From assembly GCA_050251945.1 (NCBI GenBank), contig JBFWLW010000009.1, positions 1-64,000 on the forward strand: a DNA stretch of 64,000 bases. Direction: 5' to 3'. This DNA is from Deferribacterales bacterium (GTDB taxonomy: Bacteria > Chrysiogenota > Deferribacteres > Deferribacterales > Geovibrionaceae). Positions 49,437-60,839 of the stretch are shown here, in pieces. How positions within the stretch are numbered: position 1 is the first letter of the stretch; each line of letters opens with the position of its first letter. The position numbers and the translations under genes are program-made. The notes under the pieces are model-generated. The model saw only the letters and a program-made list of their open reading frames with translations. It did no database searches and was not told the DNA's origin.

Positions 49437-52430
49437 ATGCGTTATTTTAAACTGATTGCTATCTTTTTCCTTACTGCTCTTCTTGCATCGTGCGGCGGCG
49501 GAACAACCTCGTCAAAGACCAGAACAAGCTTGGAGATCAAGCTTCAACTGCCGAGCGATACGAAAAAACGCACAAAAAGTTCGCCAAGGTTCACCATTGG
49601 CAACACAAGCATATCAAAAGTTCAGATAGGATATGGACTTACAGGCGAAAGCATGACCGCTCTGGACGTCACCACAGAGGCTGAAAACCAGTCGTCCGTC
49701 ACTATTTCCCAGCTTGAGGCAGGAAAAGAGTACAGCTTCACCGTGGCGGCATACAGCGGCACGGATACCCTCGTCTGTCAGGGCGGCGACACACTGACCA
49801 TAGTAGCCAACACAGAATCGGATTTAACACTCACATGCAGTTTTCAGGATAAATACGCCCTTGAGAATTTCGTTTTCGGCATAGAAACCGGAATGATAAA
49901 CGAAACCATAACGGAATCCGACATGGAAGACTACGTGGCTGACAGCGCAGATTTCGGCGTTTACAACGGCATGGACAGGGACAGTTTCATATCCGATTTC
50001 ATCGCAAAACGGGTTGAGATGAAAGATAACGGTTTGAGTCTCATCTCCGTGCAGATGCTTGATCCAAGATCGAAAAAAACGGCGGAAGACACATCCACTG
50101 CAAAGGTCAAATATATATACAGTGACGGTTCGTACAGGTTTCAAGAACTTTGGGCGGCAAAAATAGACGATGAATGGAAGCTGGTGGGCAACGGACACAG
50201 CTATGACCTTTCGGTGCAGAATCAGGCGGCACAGCTTTTCAGCACTGCCAGCCAGACAGAGCCTGATAAGGTTGCCGGAATAACAGTCGGTTCGGGAACA
50301 ACGGCACGGGACAACATAGCATCGTTCACCCTGTCGGGAGACGGCATAAGCAGCACCAACTACTCAATAGTCACGGATTCCGACCCGATATATGCAAAAC
50401 TTACCTCTCCCTCGTCCTCTTACTATTTCAAAGAGATAAACGAGAACATGACAATGTACGGCAGTGCATCAGCCGTTAATGACGGCGACCCGTACGTTTT
50501 CGCGATAACAACCGTCAACAGCGAATCTGAAACCGACACGCAGTATATTGATGGAGAAGGCATAACGGCTGCTGAAATGGAACAGGATGTTTTCCCCGCG
50601 GCAACCGTTACAGTGGATAACTACTGTACAAAAACCGTAAACCTTACAATGCCGACGGCATACACACCCAGCTGGGTTCAAATAGATATTTTAGTTTTAA
50701 ACAGTTCTTCAACGGCAATAACAAGCTCTGTGAAAGTTCCTCTTAACGGGACAACAGCATCAGTCGATATGTCCGATGCACTCGGCAGCACGCCGCAATA
50801 TTCTGAATTCAAGTTAACGGCGTATGACTCCGCGGGAAGAGCTTTTTCAACATATTACTCCTTTGAAAATCTCGGCATATCCGTTGACAGCGGATGTACA
50901 TCTGGTGGAGGCTCAGGCGGCAGCGGCGGCGACATTGTTGTTGACGGGTATTACAATCTGGCAAGCCTCTCTGTTGATGGAATGAATTATTCAGTAAAAT
51001 TCAACGGAATAAGGGTTAATTCAGATAATTCCTTCTACGGGATGCTCAGCAGTGAACTGTTCACCAGCGACTATATGGAAAGCAGCTATTTTGAACCGAT
51101 AGTAGCCAATTTCAACAGCGACGGCACAGCCGCAAGCGCTTATTCAGTTCAGCATACGAATGCAAACTCAGAAAACACCATGTTCAGAGTGAAAGTGTTT
51201 AAAACATCCGACGGCTCACAGTTCATCGTTTCCGGCAACAACGACAATAACGACCGTTTCGTCAGTGTTATGAAGATAAATGCCGCCGGCAACGATATCG
51301 ACTGGATAAAAAAATATCAAAGTAGCGACACAGGCAATAACGAATATCACAAGTTCATCGACGCGTCGGTGATATCGGATTCAGTTGACGACACCGACAG
51401 CACGGAAGAGATTCTGCTGCTTATCAAAGGTCAGAACGCGGATGAGCAATTCAACTCGACCGTCATGATACTCAAAGTATCTTCAGAGGACGGAAGCATT
51501 CTCAACAGCAGTATAACAACCGTAACAAACTCCAGCGGCGGTATAGTTCCGATAAAAATGGCGGTAATTAAACCTTACGATACAGTTGCCGTTCTGGCGT
51601 ATACATGTGCAGACGACGGCACGACTCATTCGTCCATGTCGCTTCTTGCTTTGGATTCAGAGCTTACACTGCAGAATGCAAAAGAACTTTATGAAGGTTT
51701 CGACACTGTCATGTATTCCATCAGCGACAATATGGCGGATGAAACATTGCTTAATAATATTGATATGGCGGCAGGCATCAACGGCAAAATATACATCACA
51801 TTTACCGAAGATTATCTCAACGTATACATTGCTGAGATATCCACCGACCTTGATGAATACGGTTCCGCCTATGACATACAATCTATCTCGTTTATAAAGA
51901 TGGACAACGGATACGCCGGTTATTATAATTACATCCCAAGGATAGCTGTCGTGACGTCTCCTTCCGAAACGGAAAATCTTATATACTATTATTCCATGAC
52001 TATAGGGTCAACAAGCGGAGATATAGTTATAATGGTTTATTTGCCGATACTTGCGCAGCTGACAGAAGCAGCTTTCGACGGCTCAAGTCTCGCAAACGGC
52101 ATCGGGTATAACTGGGCGATAGAAATTCCAAATATGCAGATGCCAGGCGGACAGCTCACAGGCGGTGCGGCATCGTCCGTTTTCCTGACAAATACGAGCA
52201 GTTTTGTCAGTGTGAATGTTGACGGAGAATCCGGAGACAATCCTATAGACAGCGCAACCAACACGTTGTCATTCTCAAGTTATTCCATGGGAGACCCGTT
52301 GAACAACCTGACTACAATAGGATTTGATAACGCAGGGATAAACGACATGAATGTTGAGGATATAGACGTAAGTTCCTTCAGCTTAACCCAAAGAGAACTT
52401 TCTATTATGGATCTGGCCGACATGCCCTGA
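49437..52430 (+). CDS. large acidic Ser/Thr-rich surface lipoprotein (paralog 1)
   Basis: Lipobox LLASC; FN3-like LEAGKEYSFTVAAY; co-linear with 57909-60746. Confidence 0.85.
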   Translation: MRYFKLIAIFFLTALLASCGGGTTSSKTRTSLEIKLQLPSDTKKRTKSSPRFTIGNTSISKVQIGYGLTGESMTALDVTTEAENQSSVTISQLEAGKEYSFTVAAYSGTDTLVCQGGDTLTIVANTESDLTLTCSFQDKYALENFVFGIETGMINETITESDMEDYVADSADFGVYNGMDRDSFISDFIAKRVEMKDNGLSLISVQMLDPRSKKTAEDTSTAKVKYIYSDGSYRFQELWAAKIDDEWKLVGNGHSYDLSVQNQAAQLFSTASQTEPDKVAGITVGSGTTARDNIASFTLSGDGISSTNYSIVTDSDPIYAKLTSPSSSYYFKEINENMTMYGSASAVNDGDPYVFAITTVNSESETDTQYIDGEGITAAEMEQDVFPAATVTVDNYCTKTVNLTMPTAYTPSWVQIDILVLNSSSTAITSSVKVPLNGTTASVDMSDALGSTPQYSEFKLTAYDSAGRAFSTYYSFENLGISVDSGCTSGGGSGGSGGDIVVDGYYNLASLSVDGMNYSVKFNGIRVNSDNSFYGMLSSELFTSDYMESSYFEPIVANFNSDGTAASAYSVQHTNANSENTMFRVKVFKTSDGSQFIVSGNNDNNDRFVSVMKINAAGNDIDWIKKYQSSDTGNNEYHKFIDASVISDSVDDTDSTEEILLLIKGQNADEQFNSTVMILKVSSEDGSILNSSITTVTNSSGGIVPIKMAVIKPYDTVAVLAYTCADDGTTHSSMSLLALDSELTLQNAKELYEGFDTVMYSISDNMADETLLNNIDMAAGINGKIYITFTEDYLNVYIAEISTDLDEYGSAYDIQSISFIKMDNGYAGYYNYIPRIAVVTSPSETENLIYYYSMTIGSTSGDIVIMVYLPILAQLTEAAFDGSSLANGIGYNWAIEIPNMQMPGGQLTGGAASSVFLTNTSSFVSVNVDGESGDNPIDSATNTLSFSSYSMGDPLNNLTTIGFDNAGINDMNVEDIDVSSFSLTQRELSIMDLADMP

Positions 52431-52485
52431 CCGGCAGAACCCTATTTAAAACAAAAAAGGCGGAGAGCATGAACTCGCCGCCTTA

Positions 52486-52620
52486 GACTAATGACAAAGT
52501 CTTATAAAGACGGGATTGCTTCGCTCAGCTCGCAAAGACGGAAAGAAAAAACGTCTCTGCGAGGAGCTTAGCGACGAAGCAGTCTCATTGTTTTTTGCTA
52601 AGCTTAGTTTGTTAACAAAC
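52486..52620 (+). mobile_element. IS1182-like MITE, copy C (divergent interior)
   Basis: Ends GACTAATGACAAAG and GTTTGTTAACAAAC; flanked by a 26-bp hairpin direct repeat AGGCGGAGAGCATGAACTCRCCGCCT (52458-52483, 52623-52648). Confidence 0.85.
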
Positions 52621-52670
52621 TGAGGCGGAGAGCATGAACTCACCGCCTATTATTTTTTCACAAAAGATTT

Positions 52671-54350
52671 CTATCCGTTGCTCTGCGCTTTCGCCCAGCT
52701 GTCTTTAAGACCGACAGTCTTGTTAAAGACAGGTTTTCCGGGTTTTGAATCCTTGTCGCTTGCGAAATAACCGACGCGCAGGAACTGATACTTCTGCATC
52801 GGTTCAACGTCTTTAAGCGACGGTTCCGCAAGACATGTGGCAACTTTCAGCGAATCGGGGTTGATGTTAGCTGTAAAGTCCATGCCCTCCGGCGCTTTGT
52901 CGGGGTTCGGAGTGTTGAAAAGGTGTTCGTACATGCGTACTTCCGCCTCAACGCAGTGTCTGGCGCTTACCCAGTGGGCAGTTCCCTTGACCTTGCGTCC
53001 ATCCTCCGTCCAGCCGCCGCGGCTTGCGGGGTCATATGTACAGCGAAGCTCAAGGATATTGCCGTCGGCATCCTTAACGACCTCTTCGCATTTGATATAA
53101 TAAGCGTGTTTAAGCCTCATCTCCTGCCCGGGAGAAAGTCTGAAATACTTTTTCGGCGGGTTTTCCATAAAGTCATCCCGCTCAATGTATACCTCGCGGC
53201 AGAAAGGCACCTGTCTTGAACCGTCCGCTTCGTTTTCAGGGTTGTTCTCCGCCTCAAACCATTCCTCTTTGTCCTCAGGATAATTGGTTATCACAACCTT
53301 AAGCGGGTCTGTTACAACCATAACTCTTTGGGCTGTCTTGTTTAGGTCTTCGCGCAGGCAGTATTCAAGCTGACCGTAATCGACAGTGCTGTTGCTTTTG
53401 GCAACGCCTATCATTTCGGCAAAGTTCCTGATGGATTCGGGAGTAAAACCTCTGCGGCGAAGTCCGGCTATTGTGGGCATACGCGGGTCGTCCCAGCCGT
53501 TCACAAAATTTTTCTGAACCAGCGTAAGGAGTTTCCTTTTGCTCATAACGGTGTATGTGAGATTAAGCCTCGCGAACTCTATCTGTTGTGGATGAAAAAC
53601 GCCCAGTTCGTCAAGGAACCAGTCGTAAAGGGGTCTGTGGTCTTCAAATTCCAGAGTACAGATAGAGTGTGTTATCTTTTCAAGTGAGTCTTCAAGCCCG
53701 TGCGCAAAGTCGTACATGGGATATATGCACCATTTGTCGCCTGTGCGGTGGTGGTGCGCATGTGCGATGCGGTAGATAACGGGGTCGCGCATATTCATGT
53801 TGGGAGACGCCATATCTATCTTTGCGCGAAGGACTTTTTCACCGTCGCCGAACTCGCCCTTTCTCATGCGCTCAAACAGATCAAGATTTTCCTCAACGCT
53901 CCTGCCTCTGTAGGGGCTTTCCACGCCCGCCTCTTTCAGATTACCGCGTGTCTTGCGCATCTCTTCGGCGTTCAATTCGCAGACGTACGCCTTACCCTTT
54001 TTGATAAGGTTAACGGCGCACTCGTAGAAAAATTCAAAATAGTCGGAGGCATAGAACTCTCTGTCCTCCCAGTCAAATCCAAGCCAGCGCACGTCTTCGC
54101 GGATGGAATCGACATATTCCACATCCTCTTTAACGGGGTTGGTGTCGTCATAGCGCAGGTTGCACTTGCCGCCGAACTCTCTTGCCAGCCCGAAGTTGAT
54201 GCAGATGGACTTTGCGTGCCCTATGTGCAGATATCCGTTGGGCTCCGGCGGGAAACGCGTATGCACACGGTTTTCGTTCTTGCCCTCTTCCAGATCCTTA
54301 CGGATTATTGTCTTTATAAAATTGGACGGTTTAGATACTTCTTCTTCCAT
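52671..54350 (-). CDS. glnS: glutaminyl-tRNA synthetase
   Basis: [32 protein letters not shown]. Confidence 0.96.
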   Translation of the reverse strand: MEEEVSKPSNFIKTIIRKDLEEGKNENRVHTRFPPEPNGYLHIGHAKSICINFGLAREFGGKCNLRYDDTNPVKEDVEYVDSIREDVRWLGFDWEDREFYASDYFEFFYECAVNLIKKGKAYVCELNAEEMRKTRGNLKEAGVESPYRGRSVEENLDLFERMRKGEFGDGEKVLRAKIDMASPNMNMRDPVIYRIAHAHHHRTGDKWCIYPMYDFAHGLEDSLEKITHSICTLEFEDHRPLYDWFLDELGVFHPQQIEFARLNLTYTVMSKRKLLTLVQKNFVNGWDDPRMPTIAGLRRRGFTPESIRNFAEMIGVAKSNSTVDYGQLEYCLREDLNKTAQRVMVVTDPLKVVITNYPEDKEEWFEAENNPENEADGSRQVPFCREVYIERDDFMENPPKKYFRLSPGQEMRLKHAYYIKCEEVVKDADGNILELRCTYDPASRGGWTEDGRKVKGTAHWVSARHCVEAEVRMYEHLFNTPNPDKAPEGMDFTANINPDSLKVATCLAEPSLKDVEPMQKYQFLRVGYFASDKDSKPGKPVFNKTVGLKDSWAKAQSNG

Positions 54351-54361
54351 GTATCAATCCT

Positions 54362-55828
54362 TTATACGTTTTTTTCTATCCATGCAGACGCCGCAGCAAC
54401 TCTGCGTTTAACACAGTCCGACCCAAGAAGTTCCAGCATATCGAACAGATCCGGACCGCCGCCAACGCCTGTAACGGCGAGCCTTACAGCGGAATTTATC
54501 TTTCCGGCGGACATACCCAGTTCGTCTGCTATGCCGTGAAAAAGCTCTTCCAGAGCCGCTCTGTTCCATTCGGCAACGCTGTCCGCCTTTTCAACAATCT
54601 TATCAAAAGCAGGTTTAACAGCCGCAGTGAACTGTTTGCCCGCCTGTTTCGCGTCGTAATCTTCGGGGTCTTTGAAGAAATAACCGCCGTTTTCACCGAA
54701 TTCTGTCACTTTTTTACAGCGGGTTTTGAACAGCGATACGACGCGCTCTTTATACTCTGTGCTGAAATCTGCAACGGGAAGACTTTTCTCCGCCCACATG
54801 GGTTCTATATCCGCCAGCAGTTTGGAGGAATCGTAATGCTCCATATACTGACCGTTCATCCACTCAAGCTTCTGCTCGTCGAAAACAGAGGGTTTTGCGG
54901 ATATGCGGTGCATATCGAAAGCTTCCGTAATCTCTTCGACGGGCATTATCTCCCTGTCGTCGCCGGGGTTCCAGCCCAGCAATGAAAGGAAGTTCAGAAG
55001 CGCTTCCGGAAGAAAACCGGCGCGCTTGTAATCCATTACCGATGCGGCGCCCTTGCGTTTGGAGAGCTTTCCGCCGTCTGGTGAAAGGATAACGGGCAGA
55101 TGCGCTATAACCGGCGGCTGCCATCCGAACGCTTTATAAAGCAGGACGTGGCGTGGCGTGCTGGCAATCCATTCGTCACCGCGCAGAACATGCGATATCT
55201 CCATCAGGTGATCGTCCACAACGCTTGCAAGGTGATACGTCGGGTAGCCGTCCGTTTTCATAAGCACGGTGTCGTCAACCATTGTGACCGGGGTCTCTAT
55301 CTCTCCGCGGATACCGTCTATGAACGAGATACTGCCTTCCAGAGGCGCTTTCAGCCTGAGAACGTAGGGTTCTCCCGCCTCAATGCGTTTCATCGCCTCG
55401 TCTTTTGAGATATCGCGGCACCTTCTGTCATATCCGCCGTGTATTTCTTTGCGCAGTTCTTTCTCTTTGCGCATCTTTTCCAGACGCTCCGGCGTGCAGA
55501 AACAGGGATAAACCTGCCCTCTGTCCCAGAGTATCTGAGCATATTTCTTATATATGTCAAGCCTTTCAGACTGGATGTACGGACCGTGGTCTCCGCCCTT
55601 TTCAGGACCCTCCGTCCACTCTATCCCCATCCATCTGAGGCTTTCAAATATCTCTTTAAGAGAATCTTCCTGAAAACGTGTTCTGTCCGTATCCTCGATA
55701 CGAAGAATAAACGTTCCGCCTGTTTTCTTAGCAAACAGGTAATTGAAAAGGGCTGTTCTTGCGCCGCCGACGTGCAAATAGCCTGTGGGCGAGGGAGCAA
55801 AGCGCACCCTGATACGATTTTCGCTCAT
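54362..55828 (-). CDS. gltX: glutamyl-tRNA synthetase
   Basis: RFAPSPTGYLHVGG, RIEDTD, KLSKR. Confidence 0.96.
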   Translation of the reverse strand: MSENRIRVRFAPSPTGYLHVGGARTALFNYLFAKKTGGTFILRIEDTDRTRFQEDSLKEIFESLRWMGIEWTEGPEKGGDHGPYIQSERLDIYKKYAQILWDRGQVYPCFCTPERLEKMRKEKELRKEIHGGYDRRCRDISKDEAMKRIEAGEPYVLRLKAPLEGSISFIDGIRGEIETPVTMVDDTVLMKTDGYPTYHLASVVDDHLMEISHVLRGDEWIASTPRHVLLYKAFGWQPPVIAHLPVILSPDGGKLSKRKGAASVMDYKRAGFLPEALLNFLSLLGWNPGDDREIMPVEEITEAFDMHRISAKPSVFDEQKLEWMNGQYMEHYDSSKLLADIEPMWAEKSLPVADFSTEYKERVVSLFKTRCKKVTEFGENGGYFFKDPEDYDAKQAGKQFTAAVKPAFDKIVEKADSVAEWNRAALEELFHGIADELGMSAGKINSAVRLAVTGVGGGPDLFDMLELLGSDCVKRRVAAASAWIEKNV

Positions 55829-55968
55829 TTTGACTCCTGAAAAAGAAAAAACTAATTCACAATACCGATTAACCTGTTATACTAACGTATTCCCAGTTTA
55901 TTTTCAACATCGGAAGCACCATATTATTTTTATCTGCGGGACAGGATTTTTTGTACGTTGGAGAACAA

Positions 55969-57321
55969 ATGGATCATAAACTTGATTCAGACCCTTTTGA
56001 TATATATGTCACAGCATCATTTGACATAGCCTACGCCCTTTCAAGGGCGCTCGACCTTGTCAATCCCATGATAAATAACCACCATCAGCGTGTTGCATTC
56101 ATAGCGGGAAGCATCGCATCCGAAGCTGGTCTTCCTGTGAAAGATATAGAAAACATAGTCCTTGCATCCCTGATACACGACATAGGCGTAGTTATGGAGA
56201 ACGAATTCCTTGAGCTGGCAGATACCAGCGACAAAAAAGGCGATTCGGAATTCTGCCACGCAATTGTCGGTTCCCACCTGCTCACCAGCCTTAAACTTTT
56301 TCCTGAACTTCCGGCACTTGTGAAATACCACCACTCACCATACGGGGGCGAAATAAACCATCTCGCAGAGACCTGCGACGAGGTTATCCCCGAAGGCGCA
56401 ATGGTGATACATCTGGCAGACCGCATAGACGTTCTTCTGAACCGCTCGGAGCCGTCGCTCGACCAGAAAAACGGCATAATTGAAAACGTGAACCGTTTCG
56501 GCGGTACAAAATTCAATCCGGATCATCTCGCGGCATTTAACAGGCTGGCAGAGAGAGAATCCTTCTGGTTCGACATAGAAGAACAGGAAAAATATAAGCT
56601 TCTGAAATACAAATTCCGCTTTTCCCACATAAACATGGATATCGACAGCATACTGGAGACCGCGAAACTTTTAAGCCGCATAATAGATTTCCGCTGTGTG
56701 TTTACTGCAAACCACTCCGCTGGAGTTGCCGCTGTGGCAAAGCTCATAACTGAAAAACTCGGATTTCCGGAACGCGACTGCAAATCCATGATGATCGCAG
56801 GATATCTGCACGACATAGGCAAGCTCGCCATCCCGTCGTCCATCCTTTACAAGCAAAGTGCTCTTAATGAAGACGAAATACTGATTCTGCGCAAGCACCC
56901 GTATTACACCTATTCAATACTGAACACCTTCCAGATATTTGACAAAATAAAAAACTGGGCGGCTTTTCACCACGAATGTCTCGACGGAAGCGGATATCCG
57001 TTCCATCTGACAGACGACAAGCTCGATCTGGGATGCAGAATACTTGGACTGGCTGACATTGTCACGGCGCTCACAGAGGAACGCCCATACAGGTCTTCCA
57101 TGCCGAAAGACAAGGTGGCACAGATAATACAGGAAATGGTTCAGAACGGAAAAATGGACAGGCAGGTCGCCTCAACAGTGCTTGATAATTTTGAAGAGAT
57201 AAACGATGCCAGACAATTAAGTCAGGCAGATGAAATGAAAACGTTTGAACTTTTCAAAGATGCGATAATGAATAATAAAATATGTAAAAAGAACATTAGG
57301 TTCATCACGGCACTGCAGTGA
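55969..57321 (+). CDS. tandem HD/HD-GYP domain protein (cyclic dinucleotide phosphodiesterase-like)
   Basis: HDIG twice, HHECLDGSGYP, RPYR. Confidence 0.9.
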   Translation: MDHKLDSDPFDIYVTASFDIAYALSRALDLVNPMINNHHQRVAFIAGSIASEAGLPVKDIENIVLASLIHDIGVVMENEFLELADTSDKKGDSEFCHAIVGSHLLTSLKLFPELPALVKYHHSPYGGEINHLAETCDEVIPEGAMVIHLADRIDVLLNRSEPSLDQKNGIIENVNRFGGTKFNPDHLAAFNRLAERESFWFDIEEQEKYKLLKYKFRFSHINMDIDSILETAKLLSRIIDFRCVFTANHSAGVAAVAKLITEKLGFPERDCKSMMIAGYLHDIGKLAIPSSILYKQSALNEDEILILRKHPYYTYSILNTFQIFDKIKNWAAFHHECLDGSGYPFHLTDDKLDLGCRILGLADIVTALTEERPYRSSMPKDKVAQIIQEMVQNGKMDRQVASTVLDNFEEINDARQLSQADEMKTFELFKDAIMNNKICKKNIRFITALQ

Positions 57322-57342
57322 TGAACCGTGATATTCCTTTCG

Positions 57343-57552
57343 TCAGGCGGTTTTGTCGTCGAAGAAATGGAGCATTGACGTCTGCTTCTCTTCCTGTGCC
57401 ACCTGTTTGGGGATCACTTTCTTTTTGGATTCTTTTTTGATTTCAAAGTAGCATTTGTAAATTGCGCCGCAGTTGTCGCAACGTACCGCACCGGCCTGTT
57501 TAACGGTTATCTTTGTGCCGCAGTCTTTACATTCAAAGGACTTTTTAGCCAT
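57343..57552 (-). CDS. small zinc-ribbon protein
   Basis: CKDCG...CDNCG; SD-like GAG upstream of ATG 57552. Confidence 0.6.
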   Translation of the reverse strand: MAKKSFECKDCGTKITVKQAGAVRCDNCGAIYKCYFEIKKESKKKVIPKQVAQEEKQTSMLHFFDDKTA

Positions 57553-57720
57553 CTTCTCAACTCCGCATTGATCAGAATACATGGTTTTTGACGATATTCG
57601 TCACTTGATATCGCACAATATCACATCCGTTCCAAAATTAATGTCAAATTAATGCAATATTTGTTAAACCTGTTAAACAATAGAGAAATGGGACATATAC
57701 AAAACATATGTCCCATCAGA

Positions 57721-57858
57721 GACTGATGACAAAGTTAGTAAAATGCGAGATCGCTTCGTCGCATGCGCTCCTCGCGAAGACAAAAAAACGTCTCTGCGAT
57801 GGGTTTTAACCCGAAGCAGTCTAATGTGAGTCCGTGTAAATTTAGTTTGTCAATAACC
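57721..57858 (+). mobile_element. IS1182-like MITE, copy D
   Basis: Ends GACTGATGACAAAG and GTTTGTCAATAACC; flanked by a 36-bp hairpin direct repeat (57685-57720, 57860-57895; 2 mismatches). Confidence 0.85.
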
Positions 57859-57908
57859 TGAAATGGGACATATGCAAAACATATGCCCCATCAGAAGATA
57901 TATGACAT

Positions 57909-60746
57909 TTAATAACCGAATCTTATTTCTGACTTAACAGTTACAGGCTGGATATCCTCCATCTCCGTATCAGCAGCAGCCGCATTCACTGTCGGTACAA
58001 AAACTGATGCAGTGATGTTTGAGGCTGAAACAGGCGTAATTGTGGTTGTAGTGAACTGAAGCTCTGAAGTTACGTCCTCAATGCTGTAACCGTTCACCTC
58101 GCCTTCGGCGCTGAGGTTAAACAGCCAGCTTCCCGCTGACATAAGGAGCGAATCGCCGGAAGCCGGAGACATTGCCGAAACCCCCATAATATCCATGAAA
58201 CTCTTTATCCATGGCACGTCGCCGCTGGTCATATCCACCGCCGCAACAGCCTGATATGAATTCAGTGACTGAGAATCGTCGTCAGCCCCCGCAAAGAACA
58301 TATAGAGCATATCCCCGCTCTCCTGAAGCTTCGTGTAATAAGATTCAACAGTAAGCAGCGGATCGGCAGAGGTCAGAACGTTATGGTATACTAAGCTGAA
58401 TGCGTAAGTTTCGTTATTCGTACTGAGGTTATGTTCAAGATCATCCAGAACTGGCTGATAAACTGAGCCGTTGTCAGGTTTTTCCGAATAGGAAAGGTAT
58501 ATCTTGTCGTTTGAACTGCCCACAACCAGATTCAGGTCTTTAACAGCTCTGTCATCTATAACGGTACTGTTGCCGATAAGATTAAGGTCGGAATCGAACA
58601 CAAGCATATTGCATGTGCTTTTTTCTCCCGAAGTCTCCTGCTGTGTCAGAAGAACCACTCTGTTCTTACTTTTTACAACACCCATCGCAACGGGCGTGAT
58701 ATCAACGCCAGCCTCAGCCAGATGAGTTGCTGAAAGGGTCTCTCCGTTCGCTGCGGATATCTTGATCATATTCGCGGTCTTAACGCCGCCCTGATAACCC
58801 TTCATGAGAACAGCAACTTCCGTTGAATTCTTGATGAGCGCCATTGAAACGAATCCGGAAGCTGACGATGTTTCATCGTTTCCGTTTGAATAGGTGTTGA
58901 CCCATTTTATTGTTGAAAGGTCTGATGAAATCCGCATGACAACGACCTTGTTGGTATCTTTAATACCCGCCGCAAGCAGAATTTCGTTTCCGAGAACACC
59001 CTCAACCTGTGCGTTATAAAGCTCCATGTCATGCTGAGACATCTTTATCAGTCCCGCGTTTATGCTGTGTCCTCTGGATGTGAAACTGCCCTTCATAACA
59101 ATGGGGTTATAGTTTACATCATCGGATGTGGTCAAACCTGAATATCCCACTGCAAAAACACTTGAAGAAGAGCTGTAGTAGATGTCATTCAGGGTGATTC
59201 CTGACTCGTCGGCCGCTTCAACATGTGAAAGCGCAGTGGAGAAACCGCCGCCAAGCGCCGGGAAGGAATCATCGGTCAGCTCGCCGTAAACGGCGTTATT
59301 CGTAAAATAGCTGTATGGCATATAAATAGTATAAACACTGTCATTGCTGTCATAAAAATTGAAAGTTAACGCACCGTCCGATATACCTGAGATTGTAAGA
59401 GAAGCAGTATCAATATAGAATGAGGGTCTCTGCATCGAAAGCCAGCTTTCGCCATCGTCGCTTTGCCCCTGTCCGTCTTCCAGCTTATAATGTACGTCCG
59501 CGCGGATGACCCACGAGGGAAGCTGAACCAGAAACGACATTTTGTCGGCACTGGTCAGGGGAGATACGGTGGGGATTTCGGAATATGCGGGAGCGTCATA
59601 ATCGTGGCTGCCGCGTATATGGTATGTTTCACTGTCTGTACCGGAACCTTCCGTTATGCCGAACGCAACAGATGCACCGCCTGCAACATTGCCCGTGTAG
59701 GGTATGAGCGAATAATTTATTTCATCCGGTATCGAAAGGTTTTCATCAAAGGCCGTAGCCTGACGCATATAGTAATCGCCTGTGTCGGGATTAAGCGTTT
59801 TCGTATATCCGGTCGTCGTTATCCCGTCGCCTGAAACCGACAGGCTGTCTATATTGTCCGAATCGTCGTCATAGTTTTTGTATACTTCAAGACCGTATAT
59901 GGTCGTCTCCGGATCGTCAACAAACTCAATTGCGGCATGGCGTATTTTCATTCCGTACTGCATGCCGTTGCCTGCTATCTTCCACTCGTCGTTCTCTATA
60001 ACAAAGTTGATATCGTCGAACTCGACTGAACCGTCGGCATAGATAAATTTCATAAGATAACTTGCCTGAGACAGTGTTCCGTCGTTTTGGACGTCAGTTT
60101 TGGCTGTGGCGCTTCTGCTCCATGAAACAAGCTCCACGCGGGAAAGGCTTATCCCCGAATCGAAAGCGAATTTACCGGAGTCCTCTTCCATCATATCGCT
60201 TATGAAAGCGCTTCTGTCCATTCCGTCCTTAACACCGAAATTTGCGGCTACGACTGCGTCAGCTTCCGCAGAGGTCAGCGTACCGTCCATTCCTTTTGAA
60301 GCCACATCGAGAACCATGTTCTCAACCGCATATTTATCTTTAAATGTACAGATGATGTTGACGTCGACAACCTGCCCGGGAATTATCGTGGCTGTGTCCC
60401 CGCCCATGCAGACCATGCTGCCTGAGGGTCCATATGCCGACACGGTAAAACTGTATTCCTGCCCCGGTTCAAGTCCGTTGATGTAAATATCGCTGTCATT
60501 CTGAACGCTGGAAATTACTTCTTTTGTGCTGAGGTTCGATCCGTAGCCGTAACCTATGATGATTGAGTTAATGAGAGTGCTGCCGACCTGCATTCTGCTT
60601 GTTACGCCGCTTTTTGAAGCGGTAAGGTCTTCAAATTCCAGCTTAACTTTCGCCGAATATCTGCTTTTTGAGGCAGTGGTGCCGCCGCCGCATGAGACCA
60701 GCAGAACCGAGAAAATACACAACAAGATCAACCTGACATTAAACAC
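57909..60746 (-). CDS. large acidic surface lipoprotein (paralog 2)
   Basis: GTG 60746 after GGAGGAG; lipobox LLVSC; LEPGQEYSFTVSAY. Confidence 0.85.
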   Translation of the reverse strand: MFNVRLILLCIFSVLLVSCGGGTTASKSRYSAKVKLEFEDLTASKSGVTSRMQVGSTLINSIIIGYGYGSNLSTKEVISSVQNDSDIYINGLEPGQEYSFTVSAYGPSGSMVCMGGDTATIIPGQVVDVNIICTFKDKYAVENMVLDVASKGMDGTLTSAEADAVVAANFGVKDGMDRSAFISDMMEEDSGKFAFDSGISLSRVELVSWSRSATAKTDVQNDGTLSQASYLMKFIYADGSVEFDDINFVIENDEWKIAGNGMQYGMKIRHAAIEFVDDPETTIYGLEVYKNYDDDSDNIDSLSVSGDGITTTGYTKTLNPDTGDYYMRQATAFDENLSIPDEINYSLIPYTGNVAGGASVAFGITEGSGTDSETYHIRGSHDYDAPAYSEIPTVSPLTSADKMSFLVQLPSWVIRADVHYKLEDGQGQSDDGESWLSMQRPSFYIDTASLTISGISDGALTFNFYDSNDSVYTIYMPYSYFTNNAVYGELTDDSFPALGGGFSTALSHVEAADESGITLNDIYYSSSSSVFAVGYSGLTTSDDVNYNPIVMKGSFTSRGHSINAGLIKMSQHDMELYNAQVEGVLGNEILLAAGIKDTNKVVVMRISSDLSTIKWVNTYSNGNDETSSASGFVSMALIKNSTEVAVLMKGYQGGVKTANMIKISAANGETLSATHLAEAGVDITPVAMGVVKSKNRVVLLTQQETSGEKSTCNMLVFDSDLNLIGNSTVIDDRAVKDLNLVVGSSNDKIYLSYSEKPDNGSVYQPVLDDLEHNLSTNNETYAFSLVYHNVLTSADPLLTVESYYTKLQESGDMLYMFFAGADDDSQSLNSYQAVAAVDMTSGDVPWIKSFMDIMGVSAMSPASGDSLLMSAGSWLFNLSAEGEVNGYSIEDVTSELQFTTTTITPVSASNITASVFVPTVNAAAADTEMEDIQPVTVKSEIRFGY

Positions 60747-60839
60747 AATGCTCCTCCGATCAACGCCTGAATAATACCCGAAGTATATACTTGTCGAAAG
60801 AACTAAACAAGACAACTTGTGTTTAAATGATGGAAAAAA

